Source of the DNA: Lama glama
Taxonomy: Eukaryota
Direction: 5' to 3'
DNA: 64,000 nt
Assembly (NCBI GenBank): GCA_028534125.1
Contig: CM052837.1
Coordinates: 37,448,001-37,512,000 of the forward strand
In this document: positions 24,426 to 36,402 of the stretch, piece by piece
Position numbering within the stretch: position 1 is the stretch's first letter
How the letters are laid out: each line of letters opens with the position of its first letter
Position numbers and translations under genes: made by a program
Notes under the pieces: model-generated
Told to the model about the DNA's origin: nothing
Databases searched by the model: none
Seen by the model: the letters and a program-made list of their open reading frames with translations, nothing else

Positions 24426-26766
24426 GAGCCCAGCCCTGCAAACACCAAAGTCACACGTGCCGTCAGCACGGAAGGCCGGCACGGGGGTCCACGCAGCCAG
24501 GCTGCCAGCATCAGGGGAGGCCCCTGGCCCGGGAGGGGCAGGCACGGCCGGGGCTCGTCCACAGCGGACCACCGAGAGGCCCGCACACAGAGCCCCCAGG
24601 AGGCGGCCCCAGCACGGGTCTGGGGGTGTCTGGGGGGATGAGTCACGCTCTCCTCGCCAGCTGAACGGTTGGGATTTGCCTTTTCTGGTCGTATATTCTG
24701 TCTCGGTTTTTTAAAAGTTTGAAAAAAACAGTAGCATAAAAGTTTTCAAATGAACAGTTAAAAATTACACTCCCTACCCCTTTTTAAATCTGTGTAAGTG
24801 TAAGCTTGCAAGCTGTGCCTGTGAGTGTACACGTACACACGTATGTACATCAAGTGCCAAATGTGCACGTCACCTTGAGCGTCTCAACGTGACTGGGCTC
24901 GGCGGCCCCACGTGGGGGGCACACGCTCGCTCTCAGGGCTACACTGCCACTGTGTACACACGGCAGCAGACAAACCTGCTTGGCTACAGAGGACAGAACC
25001 CCTCAAGTTCACCTCAAAGCCGGGCTCAGTGAGATGCTGCTACCCTGCCTCCAGGAAGCAGAGGCCGCACTTCCCAGCTGGGCCCTTTATCTTGAGTAAG
25101 CGGTGGGGCCCGTCCTCCAAACCCGGCTGATCCCAGAGCAGAAAGGGCAAAACAGGACACAGCAGTGCTGCCCACAAAGTGGGCCCCGGCCAACGCCGCC
25201 TCCCCTTCTCCCCTCCCCGCCGAGCAGGGAAGGCCCCACCGCCCTTTGGGGGTCCCGGGCGAGACTGGGCTCTCTGCGTCGCCTCCAGAGGCATCGCTCC
25301 TTCTCTCCTGATCCACCCAGACGCCCTCAAGCTCTTCCCTGGCCGTAGGAGCAACGCAGGGTGTGATGGCGGTGTCCCCCCAGCTCTGCCGGTCAACTGG
25401 CCTCAGCTTCCGTCTGGACCAATGAGAGGCCTCAGTCTTCATGAACTCAAGTTTTCCAGAAAGTCCAGGGATTTCTGCTTCAGCGAAAAAGACGCTCTGC
25501 TGGCCACTCAGCAAGACCAAGGTGGCGAGGATCCTCCGTCCAGGCAGCAATTCAGAAGTGTGGCCTCAAGCTGGGCCTGGGTGGTCACAGGGGCCCAGGC
25601 GAGGGTCCCAGGGCCGCCCCCCCCACTGCCCGGGATGCGCTTCTTGTCCATCAAGGAGATGGGCCTGCCCCTCCTCCCCCTCCCACCAGGACCCCACCAG
25701 TGGTCCGCTCTCTCGCTTCAGGACAAGGTCGGCCTCACCACCTCCCATCCCTGTGAGAGTCTCCCCCACATTCCCAACCAAACTTTGGATGAAGACTACT
25801 GCTGTGGTGTCGGGGGCACCGGCCAGCCCCCCACAGATGGCAAGGTGGTCAGCCAGGATGGATTCCAGGCAATTCTGCTGGTTCCTGAAGGAAAACCATC
25901 TGGGGGGTACAGCTGAGCACCCACACTTTTCAGGAACCTGCTCTGAACCTGAACCTGCTCTGTGGTTCCAACGCATTCTTCAAACCCCAGGACATCAGGG
26001 TCCAACCTTACCAAGATCCAGGCACAAACATTTACTTTGCAGAACCCACACATTTTATTCTAGCTCCGGACTTTATTTCTGCAGATCCTTTAAGGAACGT
26101 GCATGGGACGTGGGGACGGGGCACCTGGGCTCTTCCTGGACCAGCCCCTGAACTGGAAGCTACAGATCCACTGCATCAAAGGCTCACAGCCGCCCCAGGG
26201 TCCAGGACGTGGGTGTGAGGCCGGAGGGACGCCGCGGGCCTGGCCTGTATCCATAACACGCCTGACATCTTAATGCTGGTTCCCACGGACGATCATACAA
26301 ACAGGCTGCAACTTGGAGGTAAATTTCAATGGGTGTTTTCTTGGAAGCTGCTGGGTTAGCCTGCACTTGGCCGTCTGCTTGGAAAAGTCAATCCAAAACC
26401 AACAGGCCCCCAGCCCCCAAGGCCGAGGTGGGAACACAGGGGGACAGGGCACGGACCCACTGCAGTGCTGGGCATCTGAGCATCTTCCCAAGCACCATGA
26501 GTGACCTGCAGGAATTGCCTGACACATTCCTTTGGAAAAGGGTCTTTTCTCTTATAAATGGGATGAGAATGAAAAAATGCTCTTCTCTAAGATGTAATAA
26601 ATCTTTAATGAAAGCAAACTGACATCCATTGGGGATCACAATTTATGCTTCCAAACCCCAGCCCAGGGCCAGAGCGGAGGAATACATGGCCACCGTGACG
26701 GGCAGAGACGTCCCACGCGAGCCCACACCTCATGTCCTTGTCTTAGCAACTCGGGGTAATCTCGCA

Positions 26767-26780
26767 GTTGCCTTGGTAAC
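26767..26780. promoter_or_regulatory. Candidate RFX X-box
   Basis: GTTGCCTTGGTAAC, close to the GTTRCCATGGYAAC palindrome. Confidence 0.45.
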
Positions 26781-27289
26781 CCGAGGGATTTAAGACATTA
26801 GCAGAAGTACACACAGCCGAAGTCACTTGTTGGATCCTAAAAACACCTTCTGCTCGACAACTGCATTTAAAACATCAAACCTACGGGCGGGGGAAGCCTC
26901 CGTGCTCTTCACACGTTGATGGACTCGCAAACCTAATGCCCTCCAGCACCGCGGCAGGTGCAGGTCAGGAGGGGAAGTCTCTGCGGTCCCAGAACGTTCC
27001 GTGAGTCGTCCTGGTGGACGCTGCTCTGCAAGCTTTAGACTAAGCTGGTGAAAGACCATGAACAAGGGGACAGACACAGGCGAGCACTGTGCCCACCGCT
27101 AGCAGGGAGACAGGTGGCCAAACTCCAACAGTCCTGAGGGCCGCCCGTCGGGACGTTCACCACGTCCCAACCAGGGGCGGGCAGCTGCGCAGGGCCCAGG
27201 GCACTGCCTAGCACGCAGTGACTCCACCGAGGCATAGGCCCTGGCTAAACTCACTTGACTCGAATCCCCGGGAGCCCGGCCCAGTGCTC

Positions 27290-27480
27290 GGGGCTGGAAA
27301 CACACAGCAACAACGGGCGTGAGAACGAGTGAGCAAGGCCACAGGGTGTCTGCGGAGCTGCTGTTGAATGGATAGAGTTTCAGCTTGGGGTGACGAGACA
27401 GTTCTGGAGAGTGATTGTGGTGACGTACTTAATGCCAGCGCACCTAAAGTCTACGATATGTGTACTTTACCACGACAGTA
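27290..27480 (+). mobile_element. L1MB-like 3' UTR fragment
   Basis: GTTGAATGGATAGAGTTTCAG.TTGGGGTGA.GAGA.AGTTCTGGAGA...GTACTTAATGCC...TTTACCAC. Confidence 0.7.
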
Positions 27481-28604
27481 GAGCCAGTGTACCCTCCCTG
27501 GCTCAGGACCCCAGCGGCTGGCTAGCGCAGGCCACCCTGGGCCACCCGAGCACAGGCTTAGCATTTGGGACGTTTTTCAGGGCTTGTGCCCCACACTTTG
27601 CTGCCTTCTGTCCACCTCTGTCCACGCACAAGTGCCCACTGATTTCTAACCTTCTTCCTGGAGGGGGCTCCCCAGTGTGGGCACTTGTTCAACACCACTG
27701 AGCCGGACACCAACCCCTGTTCCACCATCGCCCCCCCACCCAACGCAGCCCTCTGGCCCCGTCTGCCCCTCGGACGGAAAAGCTTGGCGTGGAGGCACCA
27801 GGAAAAGCGCCTGGCGTTCAGTAAACGTTCAACTTGTTTACTAGTCTGGGAGACACATGAAGCTGTCTGCGGGGGTGAGGACACGACCATCAAAGCTAAG
27901 CTTAGAGCCCTGGCACCTGACAGACTCGGGGTCCGGGAGAGGCTCCCACCACTGCAAGAAGAAAACACCTCGTCTCAGCGTCACGCGTGACACTAGTCAT
28001 GCAGCGAGGAAGCGCCTCCCGCTGGGAGGGGGCGCTGTGGCCACAAGCCCTCGAGCCCCTCAGGACGGGACGGATCACGGGCACAATGAGGCCCGAAGGA
28101 CACGCCGCGGCGCCAGCCCAGGACTGGGCCACACGGCCGCCGTCCTGCCCTTCACCCAGAGCCCAACACCTGATGCTCGCTCCTCTTTTTCACATGTTAA
28201 CGTTTCAGTCTTTAAAAAGTAAGTTACCCAACTAGCGCTCCCGGGAGCCCCCTGCACGGCGGAAAGCAGACCCCACACCCGCTGGGCTCCTTCCAGGCAT
28301 CACCCCACTTGTCTGGCTGCAGACCCCACGGCCTCAGAAAAGCCCCACCCAGGCGGCCTCTGTGTGCTGGTGGCACTGTCACTGCACGGACAGGGACACC
28401 AGGGAGTCACCGCAGCTGCTGGGACACAGTGGCCGCATTCCCTGCTCTCACACCAATTTACTACAAGAGGAGGTGAGCCCCCGGAAGCCCCCAGTGTGAG
28501 CCCGGAAAGGGGCCACTTTATGTATGGAGCGAGAGGCCACGGGGCCACCGACAAACAGTGCCCTACGGCGCCCCAGCCCCGCCAGGGACAAACAAAGGGC
28601 TTAC

Positions 28605-29541
28605 TTGAGTCGCGGCTGCTGAACGGCCACCCGGATGTCGGGAGGAAAGACGGCACTGGGGAGCCGGCCCGGCTGTCGGCCTCCACCTGCTGCGTGATGT
28701 GGCGAACTGTCTCTTTGTTTTTCCGATTCTTTCTTCGGCCTGTGGGCTGCCAGCCGTCCGCCCCGACTTGCTCTGAGAACGAGTTCTGGACGGCAGTGTC
28801 CCTGGAGGAGGGCAGCTCGCCACCCCCATAGTGAGATGGTGAGACCTGCTCCTCCTTGATCCGCAGAGGCCCGTAGCCCACATCGCCAGGCCACAGCGGC
28901 TGCAAGGACAGGTCGTCGGGGCCATCGGCCTTGGGCTCCTGGTCCTCCTTCCCATAGCTGCTTCCGCCTTCATGGCAGCTGGCGATGGCCGAGTCTCCAG
29001 AAGAATTGGCGGGGCTCGTGCGCCGAGCCAGCCACGGGGAAATGCTCCTCCCGGCCATCACGGCTGAGATCAGTGCGTCCGCGCTGCTGCCAGATGGGGC
29101 GCCGATCTCGAGCTCCGAGAGCTCGTCTGAGGCGTCCGGCTTGATGCTGATGTCCAGCGCGGCCTTGATGAAGTCGTGGCACGCCTGCACGATGTCCGTC
29201 ATCTGCAGGAAGCTGGCGGCGGACATCACCTCGATGACGTTGCGGCTGGTGAGGGCCAGGTGGGCGGAGTACATGAAGTCGATGATGGCCTTGAAGCCCT
29301 GGGCTGTGACGATGTCCAGGTGCGTGACGGTGGCCTGCTCGGACGTCTTCTGCACCTGGCAGTACAGCGTCTTGAAGTAGCGGCTGCTGCCCAGCAGGAC
29401 GTTCTTGTGGGCCTTGAAGACCTTGCCCTNNNNNNNNNNNNNNNNNNNNNNNNNNNNNNNNNNNNNNNNNNNNNNNNNNNNNNNNNNNNNNNNNNNNNNN
29501 NNNNNNNNNNNNNNNNNNNNNNNNNNNNNNNNNNNNNNNNN
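28605..29541 (-). CDS. ZBTB46: ZBTB46 coding part of exon 2 (BTB/POZ domain); 29430-29541, including the ATG, is inside an N gap and inferred
   Basis: Visible frame GKVFKAHKNVLLGSSRYFKTLYCQVQKTSEQATVTHLDIVTAQGFKAIIDFMYSAHLALTSRNVIEVMSAASFLQMTDIVQACHDFIK is a BTB domain. It continues through an IKEE SUMO-type motif (28849-28860) and a basic RRKNRKNK NLS-like motif to ...WPFSSRDS, then donor A|gtaagc (GT 28604-28603). The ATG position assumes the ortholog's 37 codons before EGKVF (recalled, not seen). Confidence 0.93.
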
Positions 29542-29561
29542 NNNNNNNNNNNNNNNNNNNN
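29430..29561. other. Assembly gap (132 N) inside ZBTB46 exon 2
   Basis: Run of N seen directly. Confidence 1.
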
Positions 29562-29574
29562 TCCTCTACGGACT
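29542..29574 (-). other. ZBTB46: 5' UTR part of ZBTB46 exon 2 with its 3' splice acceptor
   Basis: Minus strand reads taactcttttgttctcgcccccgcag|AGTCCGTAGAGGA: branch-point-like TAAC, polypyrimidine tract, CAG acceptor (AG at 29576-29575). Confidence 0.8.
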
Positions 29575-29925
29575 CTGCGGGGGCGAGAACAAAAGAGTTA
29601 CCCACGCTGTCGACACCCGAGCCAGGCAGAGTTGGGCCACATTTGCGGGGACGGAGGGTGACGGCGGCAGAGTGCCTGGCAGGGCGGGGCAGCCAGCGAG
29701 CCGATCGAGGCTCACCCCCGTCATAATGGACACAGGGCCCTGAGCAGAGTCCTGCACACTGCAGCTGACCCTCAGAGCAATAAGCAAATACTCAGAAAGA
29801 CGGGAAACGCCAACACTTCAAGCACTTGAAGCGAGTTTCTTACCCAAACAGAAAATCTAGGTTAAGTAATCCAAGTGCGCCTTCATCCCTCACCCGTGGA
29901 GAAGTGTCCTTTCAAAGTGCAGGCA

Positions 29926-30075
29926 GGGGAGAGTACAGTTCAGTGGTGGAGGGCGTGCTTAGCGTGCACGAGGTCCTGGGTTCAATCCCAGCGGCTCCAC
30001 TAAGCACATACATAAATACACTTAATTATCCCCCCCAAAAAAAGACCAACAAAAAGAAAACAAAACAAAAATGCA
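29926..30075 (+). mobile_element. tRNA-derived SINE (Vic-1-like)
   Basis: GGGGAGAGTACAGTTCAGTGGTGGAG...GAGGTCCTGGGTTCAATCCC (A and B boxes), then TAATTATCCCCCCC and an A-rich tail. Confidence 0.9.
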
Positions 30076-30399
30076 ACAACAAAAAACACAGCGACAACTT
30101 CCTACACAAACAAAATCCGCAGAACAGAGCAGTAAAGGCCGAAAGCAGACGTTCACAGCCTCAGCCCCGCAAACTTCCAAACCCAACCAGCCCCAGAGGC
30201 AGGAGGCCGGCTCCCCTGCTGACCTGGCCCCTGCGGAGAGGGGGCCCACGACCAGCTCAGCCCCCAGGAGGGCTTCGGGTGCGGGGAAGGTGCCCCAGGA
30301 GACCGGAAGCGCCCCAGTCATTTCTGGAGCTGGGGCTCCCCCTGCAGTGCTCTCCCTGCCCCGCTCCTCACGTCTCCCTCGTTCCCCAGGGTCTCCTGG

Positions 30400-30770
30400 G
30401 GCTGCTGAACACAGGGCCACAGTCTGGGGGCTGAAGAGCAGGGCATTTCTACCACCCCGTCTGGGGGCCGGGGCAGGGTGTCAGTGGGGTTCTCTGAAGG
30501 CTCCTGGGAGGATGTGTCCTGGGCCCGGATCAGCTTCGGCCAGTGGCCAGCAATCCTCGGTGTCCTTGGTGTGTAGAGCCGTCACCCCATCTCTGCCTCG
30601 GCTGTCACACAGCCACCACCATCTCCTCCTACTAGGACACCAGTGGTCAGGTTGGACAAGGTCCACCCTATTCTAGTGTAACCTTATCTTAACTAATTAC
30701 ATCAAACTTGGTCACATTCTGAGGCACTGGGGGTTAGGGCTTCAATATACAAATTCTGGGGGAGACACTC
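30400..30770 (-). mobile_element. MLT1 solo LTR
   Basis: GGCCAGCAATCCTCGGTGTCCTTGG...AACCTTATCTTAACTAATTACATC...GGTCACATTCTGAGG..CTGGGGGTTAGGGCTTCAA. Confidence 0.8.
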
Positions 30771-30968
30771 ACCTGAGAAAGACAGTTGTTAGTCTGACTG
30801 TCCTGTTAAACAGACCATCTTCCAGTTGATCTGTCAGCGTTCACCCCAGACGCCAAAATGCATTCAATTCTGAGAAAACTAACCTGGTCCAGGGTGGGGT
30901 GTCCATCTGTCTTTCCCTCTGCGGGTGGGGTTGGGGGGGCCTCTTCATTTGTGCAACACCTTCCCTGA

Positions 30969-31097
30969 TTTTATTTATTTATTTATTTATTTATTTCTGG
31001 GCTGGGGGGATTGGGTTTGTTTGTTTATGTTTTAAGTGGCAGTGCTGGCGACCTCACACACACCACGCGCACTCCAGCACTGAACTATAACCCCCTT
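30969..31097 (-). mobile_element. tRNA-derived SINE (Vic-1-like), internally deleted
   Basis: Reverse complement GGGGGTTATAGTTCAGTG head with a (TAAA)n tail. Probable TSD TGCAACACC(T/C)TCC at about 30952 and 31099. Confidence 0.8.
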
Positions 31098-31991
31098 CTG
31101 CAACACCCTCCTTTAGACTTTACAACACAGGTTCTCAAACGTCACCTGAGATCACCTGAAAACGCCCAGCGACAGAAGCACTTACTCTGTCCACACTCCA
31201 CGGGCTGGGAAAAAGAGGCAGGAGAGGGTGGAAGCCTCTCGTCCCCTCGTCTCCCCTGACGGCCCACCCGGCACCGTCCCTGCCATCCCCCCAGTCACCC
31301 CCCTTCCTGCGGCCACGGCCGAGAACAGAGACCCTGGCCCCAAGCAGCCACCAGACTCGAAACCCAAAGTAAACACGCTGCTTAGCTCGTGGGTCAGCCT
31401 TTCGGTCCCAGCAGTGCATCCTGACCCCAAGGACGGCCCCTGAGGAGGACAAATATGAAGAACGTTAAGAACTGCGGCTGCAGGGCTTGGGGGCTGGAGG
31501 CTCGCACACACCCAGGGTCTGACTGTGGGTGCCTCCGGGCTCTGCCCCTCCCCTCCGGGCGTGGGAGGCGGGCAGGAGGACAGAAGCCCGTCCGGTGCAG
31601 TGTCACACCTCACGCCTGGCGTTGCAGACTCAGGTTCACTAGACACTACGGGAGGCACCAAAACAAGTGCCAAATTGCGGAAACCAACCATTTAAACTCA
31701 AGGAGTCTGTTTAATGCCCAGCATCCACAAGAAGCTCTCGGTCGTGTGTGTGCAGCCAAGTGTCAGAAGCCTCAGGCAGCCTGTATTCAAACTAGAAGAC
31801 ACATGCTTCACTATCTGACTTCCTATATGAGTAATAAGTGTCCTTACTCACCAGTGAAACAGACCCGCTAAGAGTTCGGAAGAATACCGAAAAGGGGAAA
31901 ATGCAAGCTCCGTTTTGGAGAAGCAAGAACTGCCTCCCAAGGCTTGCATTTCTCAGATAATCTCCACCTGTATGGAAAGTTCTAAAACGGT

Positions 31992-32120
31992 GGGGGGAGG
32001 GCACAGACGCAGTTCAGTGGCGGCACGTGCGCTTATCTTGGCCGCAGCCCTGTTTCAGTTACCCGCACCGCCATTAAATATAAATAAATAAGCACAATCA
32101 CCTCCCTCTCCCCCCAAAAA
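31992..32120 (+). mobile_element. tRNA-derived SINE (Vic-1-like), highly diverged
   Basis: GGGGGGAGGG...CAGTTCAGTGGCGG head, then TAAATAAATAA and a CACCTCCC...CCCCCAAAAA tail. Confidence 0.75.
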
Positions 32121-32839
32121 TGAACCAATGATAATCCAAGATTAGTGGAAATGTTAAAGTTACACATAATTCATCCAAGCCCAGGGAAGCCCTAGGAGAA
32201 TAATAGTCCACAATCTCCCTGCATCAGTAAGAGGGTGAGAGGGTCGCGGGGTCCTGCCCGTCTGACCAGCGGGAGAGCGGCAGGCTGCCCAGTGCTTTTC
32301 GGCAGCTGAGCCTTTCGCATCTTAATGGCCTGACAAGGAAGACTAAAGCACGTGCACCACGGTTCTTCTTTGAGAAGATGGCAGAGCATCTGCCCTGCCC
32401 TGGTGGAGGTGCCGCCTGACAGAGACGCACCTGGCTGGGGGACCCACGCCTGGGCACCGTCATCTCTGAGCTGCCTGCACTGCCGTGCAGATCACAGGGC
32501 ACCTTCATGCACTCACAAGTCCCGTGGACACCCCGTGGGTAAGGGACCCTCAGGGAGCAGCCTGCGATCCTGAAGAGACTCAGGTGCCACGTCGCCGTAA
32601 GGCGAGGAGCTGAGGCCGGGCCCCCTCAACCCTGGGGCACAAGGCGCACAGTTCTGCAGGGTCACCCGGGGGGAGGGCGGGCTCTGCTGTCCCCCTAAAG
32701 AAGCCACACTTAGAGCACGGAACTGCTTGGCAAACCTCCTCTCTGCGGGGTGGCGTGCCCCGAGGACCCCCCTCGTCCACCACCTCCCACCTGGATGGCA
32801 GACACTGAGCAGGCGGCCTGGCTGTGTCCTCAAAAGTTG

Positions 32840-33360
32840 AACAAACCCACATGACCCAACCATTCCAACGTGCCCTGCCTGGGAGGTGAAAACACGGGTC
32901 CACCTGAGGACTCACACGGTCACAGCAGCTTCAGTCACCACAGTCAAAATTTGGAAACGACCAAATGTGCGTCAGCAGGTGAGCAGACAAACAAAGGAGA
33001 ATCATCCCAAAGGTGGGTCGGGCTCGCGGGGACCCGGTGCCTCCTCGCCCCCCTGCGCCGCGCTCTGCGGGCCTAAACATCCTTACCACGCAGACACGGG
33101 TGAGTCCCAAAATAACCCCTCGGCGGGAACGCAGAGACAAAGGGACAGGGTATGAGTCCCTCCTTATGAAACATTAGAAAATGCCAAGTGCTCAACAGGG
33201 ACGGGGCAGAGGCAGGCCAGTGGGCGGCCTGGGGACAGCGAGGGGTGGGTCCCCAGGGCTCAGGGAGTCCCCGGGCAGGGACACGTTTCACAGGTGTGTG
33301 CAAACCCGTCGAATTACACCCTCCCAATGGGGGCGGCTGTTGTGGGTAAATCACATCCAA
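32840..33360 (+). mobile_element. Old L1 3' fragment
   Basis: CCACATGACCCA.CCATTCCA...TGGAAAC.ACCAAATGT...GTATGAGTCC..CTTATGAAAC.TTAGAAAATGC. Confidence 0.55.
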
Positions 33361-33432
33361 TGACGCGGGTCAGAACTTGAATTTGCAGGAATATTCTTGT
33401 TGACCATAGACCTGTGTGCGCTTGCTGCCATT

Positions 33433-33815
33433 TGCTGTGGATTGAACCTTGTCCCCAAAACTCACTTGCTGGAGTCAGTCCCCAGGACTTCAGCATGTAA
33501 CGTTATTTGGAAACCAGGTCCATACAGACGTCATTAGCTAAGATGAGGTCATTAGGGTGGGCCCTAATCCAAAGTGACTGGTGTCCTTCTAAGAAGGGGA
33601 TACTGGGACACAAACACTTCGCAGGGGGGCGGCCGTGTGAAGACGGAGTGATGCAGCCACAGCCAAGCAAGCAGCAGAGCTGGAGAGGCATCTGGGACAG
33701 ACCCTTCCTGCCAAGGGGCCCTCCATCTCGGACTCCTGGCCCCCAGGGCTAGGGGGCGTCTCTGCTGTTTAAGACGTCAGCCCGGGGTTCTGTCAGGCAG
33801 CCCAGGGCGTTCACA
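33433..33815 (+). mobile_element. MLT1 solo LTR
   Basis: TTATTTGGAAA...AAGATGAGGTCATTAGGGTGGGCCCTAATCCAA..TGACTGGTGTCCTTCTAAGAAG. Confidence 0.85.
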
Positions 33816-36402
33816 ACATTCTGCTCCACCACGGAAAGCCCCGAGCCAGCGGGGTAGTTCACAGAACTCCCCTCCTCTGCCTGACCCCATGTGTCCCACA
33901 GGCAGAGCCCAGGCAGCCCTGAGGGCCCTCACCGCGGGGACACTGGTTCGCATGCTCCAAGGTTTACTATCTTCTGAGAAAACGAAGGTTATGACGCCAA
34001 TTATGCAAGATCATGATATAAACCACACTTCATAGTCGTTATTTTATCACTGTTCATGGTTGCATTTTAAGATTTAAAGACGAGCCCCTGACTGGAAAGA
34101 AACACTCCGCACTTGTTAACAGAAGGCATCCTCAGATGCCAGACAGAATGGAACGGGCACTGCCCGAGGTTTCTGGCTGACCACAACTGACGCCTCGGAT
34201 GCCGGAGACCAGCCCGACCTCTGAATGCAAACCTGGGGCGCCACAGCTCTCCTCGGGCCACCTGCCGGCCCCCTCCACAGCCCCCTCCCTGACGCCCCAC
34301 CACAGCTCCCTCCTCCACCCCTCCCCGGGCCCCTCCCTACCCCCACCCCCGTGACCCTCCCTCTTCCCTGCTGCTGCTTCTTTCAGTTCCTTCACCTCCA
34401 TTGGGCCTGGAGCACCCCCACCTCCTACCCCAGCCTTTCCTACCTGTGTAAATGTCACTTCCTCTCTTGGGCACACCCCCCTGACCACATAGAGCCAGAC
34501 ATGTGCTGTGACCTCAGGGCCCCCCTTCCAAGACGGTCAGGGCACTGTCCCCTCCCTGCCAGCCTGCCTCACGTCCCTTGGCTCTCACAGCAGAATTCCA
34601 AGCCTTAACCCTTACCCGTTAGCCCCAGTCAGTTCACCTATGGCCCCGATGTGTGAGCAGGAGCCTAGAACTGTGCTGCGCACTAGGCCCAGGTCAAAGG
34701 GCCCCATTCCATCGCCAGACAGGGCTCCCAGGAGGCCAGAGCCAGAGCCCCACAGGGTGTGCTGAGGGCCTCAGAGAGGGGCTGGGGTGGGGGCACCTTC
34801 CCAGAGCAGGGGACGAGCCAGTCAGGCCAAGCAAATGGGGGCTTGAGGGCCAGGAGAGGGCCCTAGGAGGGAGCAGCACGCATTCAGAAGGCAGCACTGG
34901 CTTCCAAACAAGGCCTCCTGGAGCCACCATCTCCGGGTTCAGGGCCCTGGGTAGCCCCCTCCCAAGCTGACCCTGGCCTGGGGTGGAGCAAGTCCTAGCC
35001 TGAGTGTCAAGGGGGCTGGAGAGAGTTCACCCCTGCACTCCAGGTTTGTGCTGGTGCAGACACAGCACAGCCACCCCAGTGAGCCAACTGAGCCTGGACC
35101 CCTCAGGGTGCCAGCCACTGGGCCGCCTGCCCTGGCTGGCCCTTCCCGACATCACACAGACAGAGGAACCACGAGCACCTCAGCCACAGCATCTCGGGGG
35201 GTGAGGAACCCCTGTGTTTCAGGATGGTTCAATGCAAAGCAACGGCCACAACGCAGACCAGAGATGGCATAGCACCTTGGGGGTCTGGTGGGAGAGAGAA
35301 TGGAACAAGGAGATGGGGCCAGGCCAGCCAGAGACCCCCAGCCAGCCAAGGGCAGGGCCAGTCCAGGCCTCAGGGCCAAGATGGGGAACCCAGAGGCCAG
35401 CACTTCGAAGGGAGATGCAGACTCTCAGGGGACAGCAGCCCCCCAGCAGGGGTCCCAAGCACCCTGATTCAGGTTCTGGCACAGGGAGAGTGACTGGGGC
35501 CCTGGGGACAAGTGTGGGGACAGGGAGGGAACAGAAGAGGAACAGGCAGGGTCAGGAAGGCCTCCGATGAAGACTAAGTCAGAGCCAGCCAGGGGGGCCA
35601 GGTACGTCCCTCTGCCGGTTGGAAGCTGGTCTGGGGAACTTGCATTTTGGGGTTGGGGCGAGAAAGGGGAAGAGGTCTCCTCTTTACGCCTGTGCTCCCA
35701 GGCACCTCCCACTAGACTCCAGTCTCATTCTGGACCTTTCTTCCCTAAACCACACTTGATCGTAATGAGCAGCTAAACTCCTCTCAGCTCACTCAGGCTG
35801 TGTGCCGGGCCCCCGGCCATACAAATCCGCTTGTTTTAACAGGTGGATCTACAAAGGCAAATCCTGCCGTGACACAGAGGGATGCAACCCCACCACCACC
35901 ACCGCAACTTAGCTACTGACACTTCCTCCTCCTTCAGGAAGCCTCCAAGGGCTCCTCCCCTGACGGCACACATGGGGCCTCTGTCACCTGATGCTGCCAC
36001 ACTGTCCCTCCAAGTCCGGGAACCTCTCAGCAGAAGGCCCACATCCCAGCGCTGATCAAGCTCAGTGCACACCCTTGGGGTCAACAAAGCCACAGGACCT
36101 TTTTACATGGAAACTGGGATTTTGAAATCTTACATTTTAAAATAAATATGGCTTAAATGTCCCATCTTAACCGTTGGTAGAAGTGGAGCGAGATGGCAAC
36201 TTCCTGGTCCTGGCTGGGGCTGAAGGTGGGCAGTGAGGCTGTGCCATTGACCAGCCACACACCCCATGACAGCCCAGTGCCACGTGCTCTGGGTCTCATA
36301 GTTCAGAGCGGACGCCACACGTGTGGCTGACGTGTGGGCTCTGAAGCTCTGGGTCAGTCACAGCTCACAGCAAGGTTGGGGGATGGGCACTGGGTTACCA
36401 GC

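Noticed and set aside
28300-29355. 351-aa ORF as the complete protein
   Set aside because: It starts at a GTG inside the BTB domain because of the N gap and runs 305 nt past the donor at 28604.
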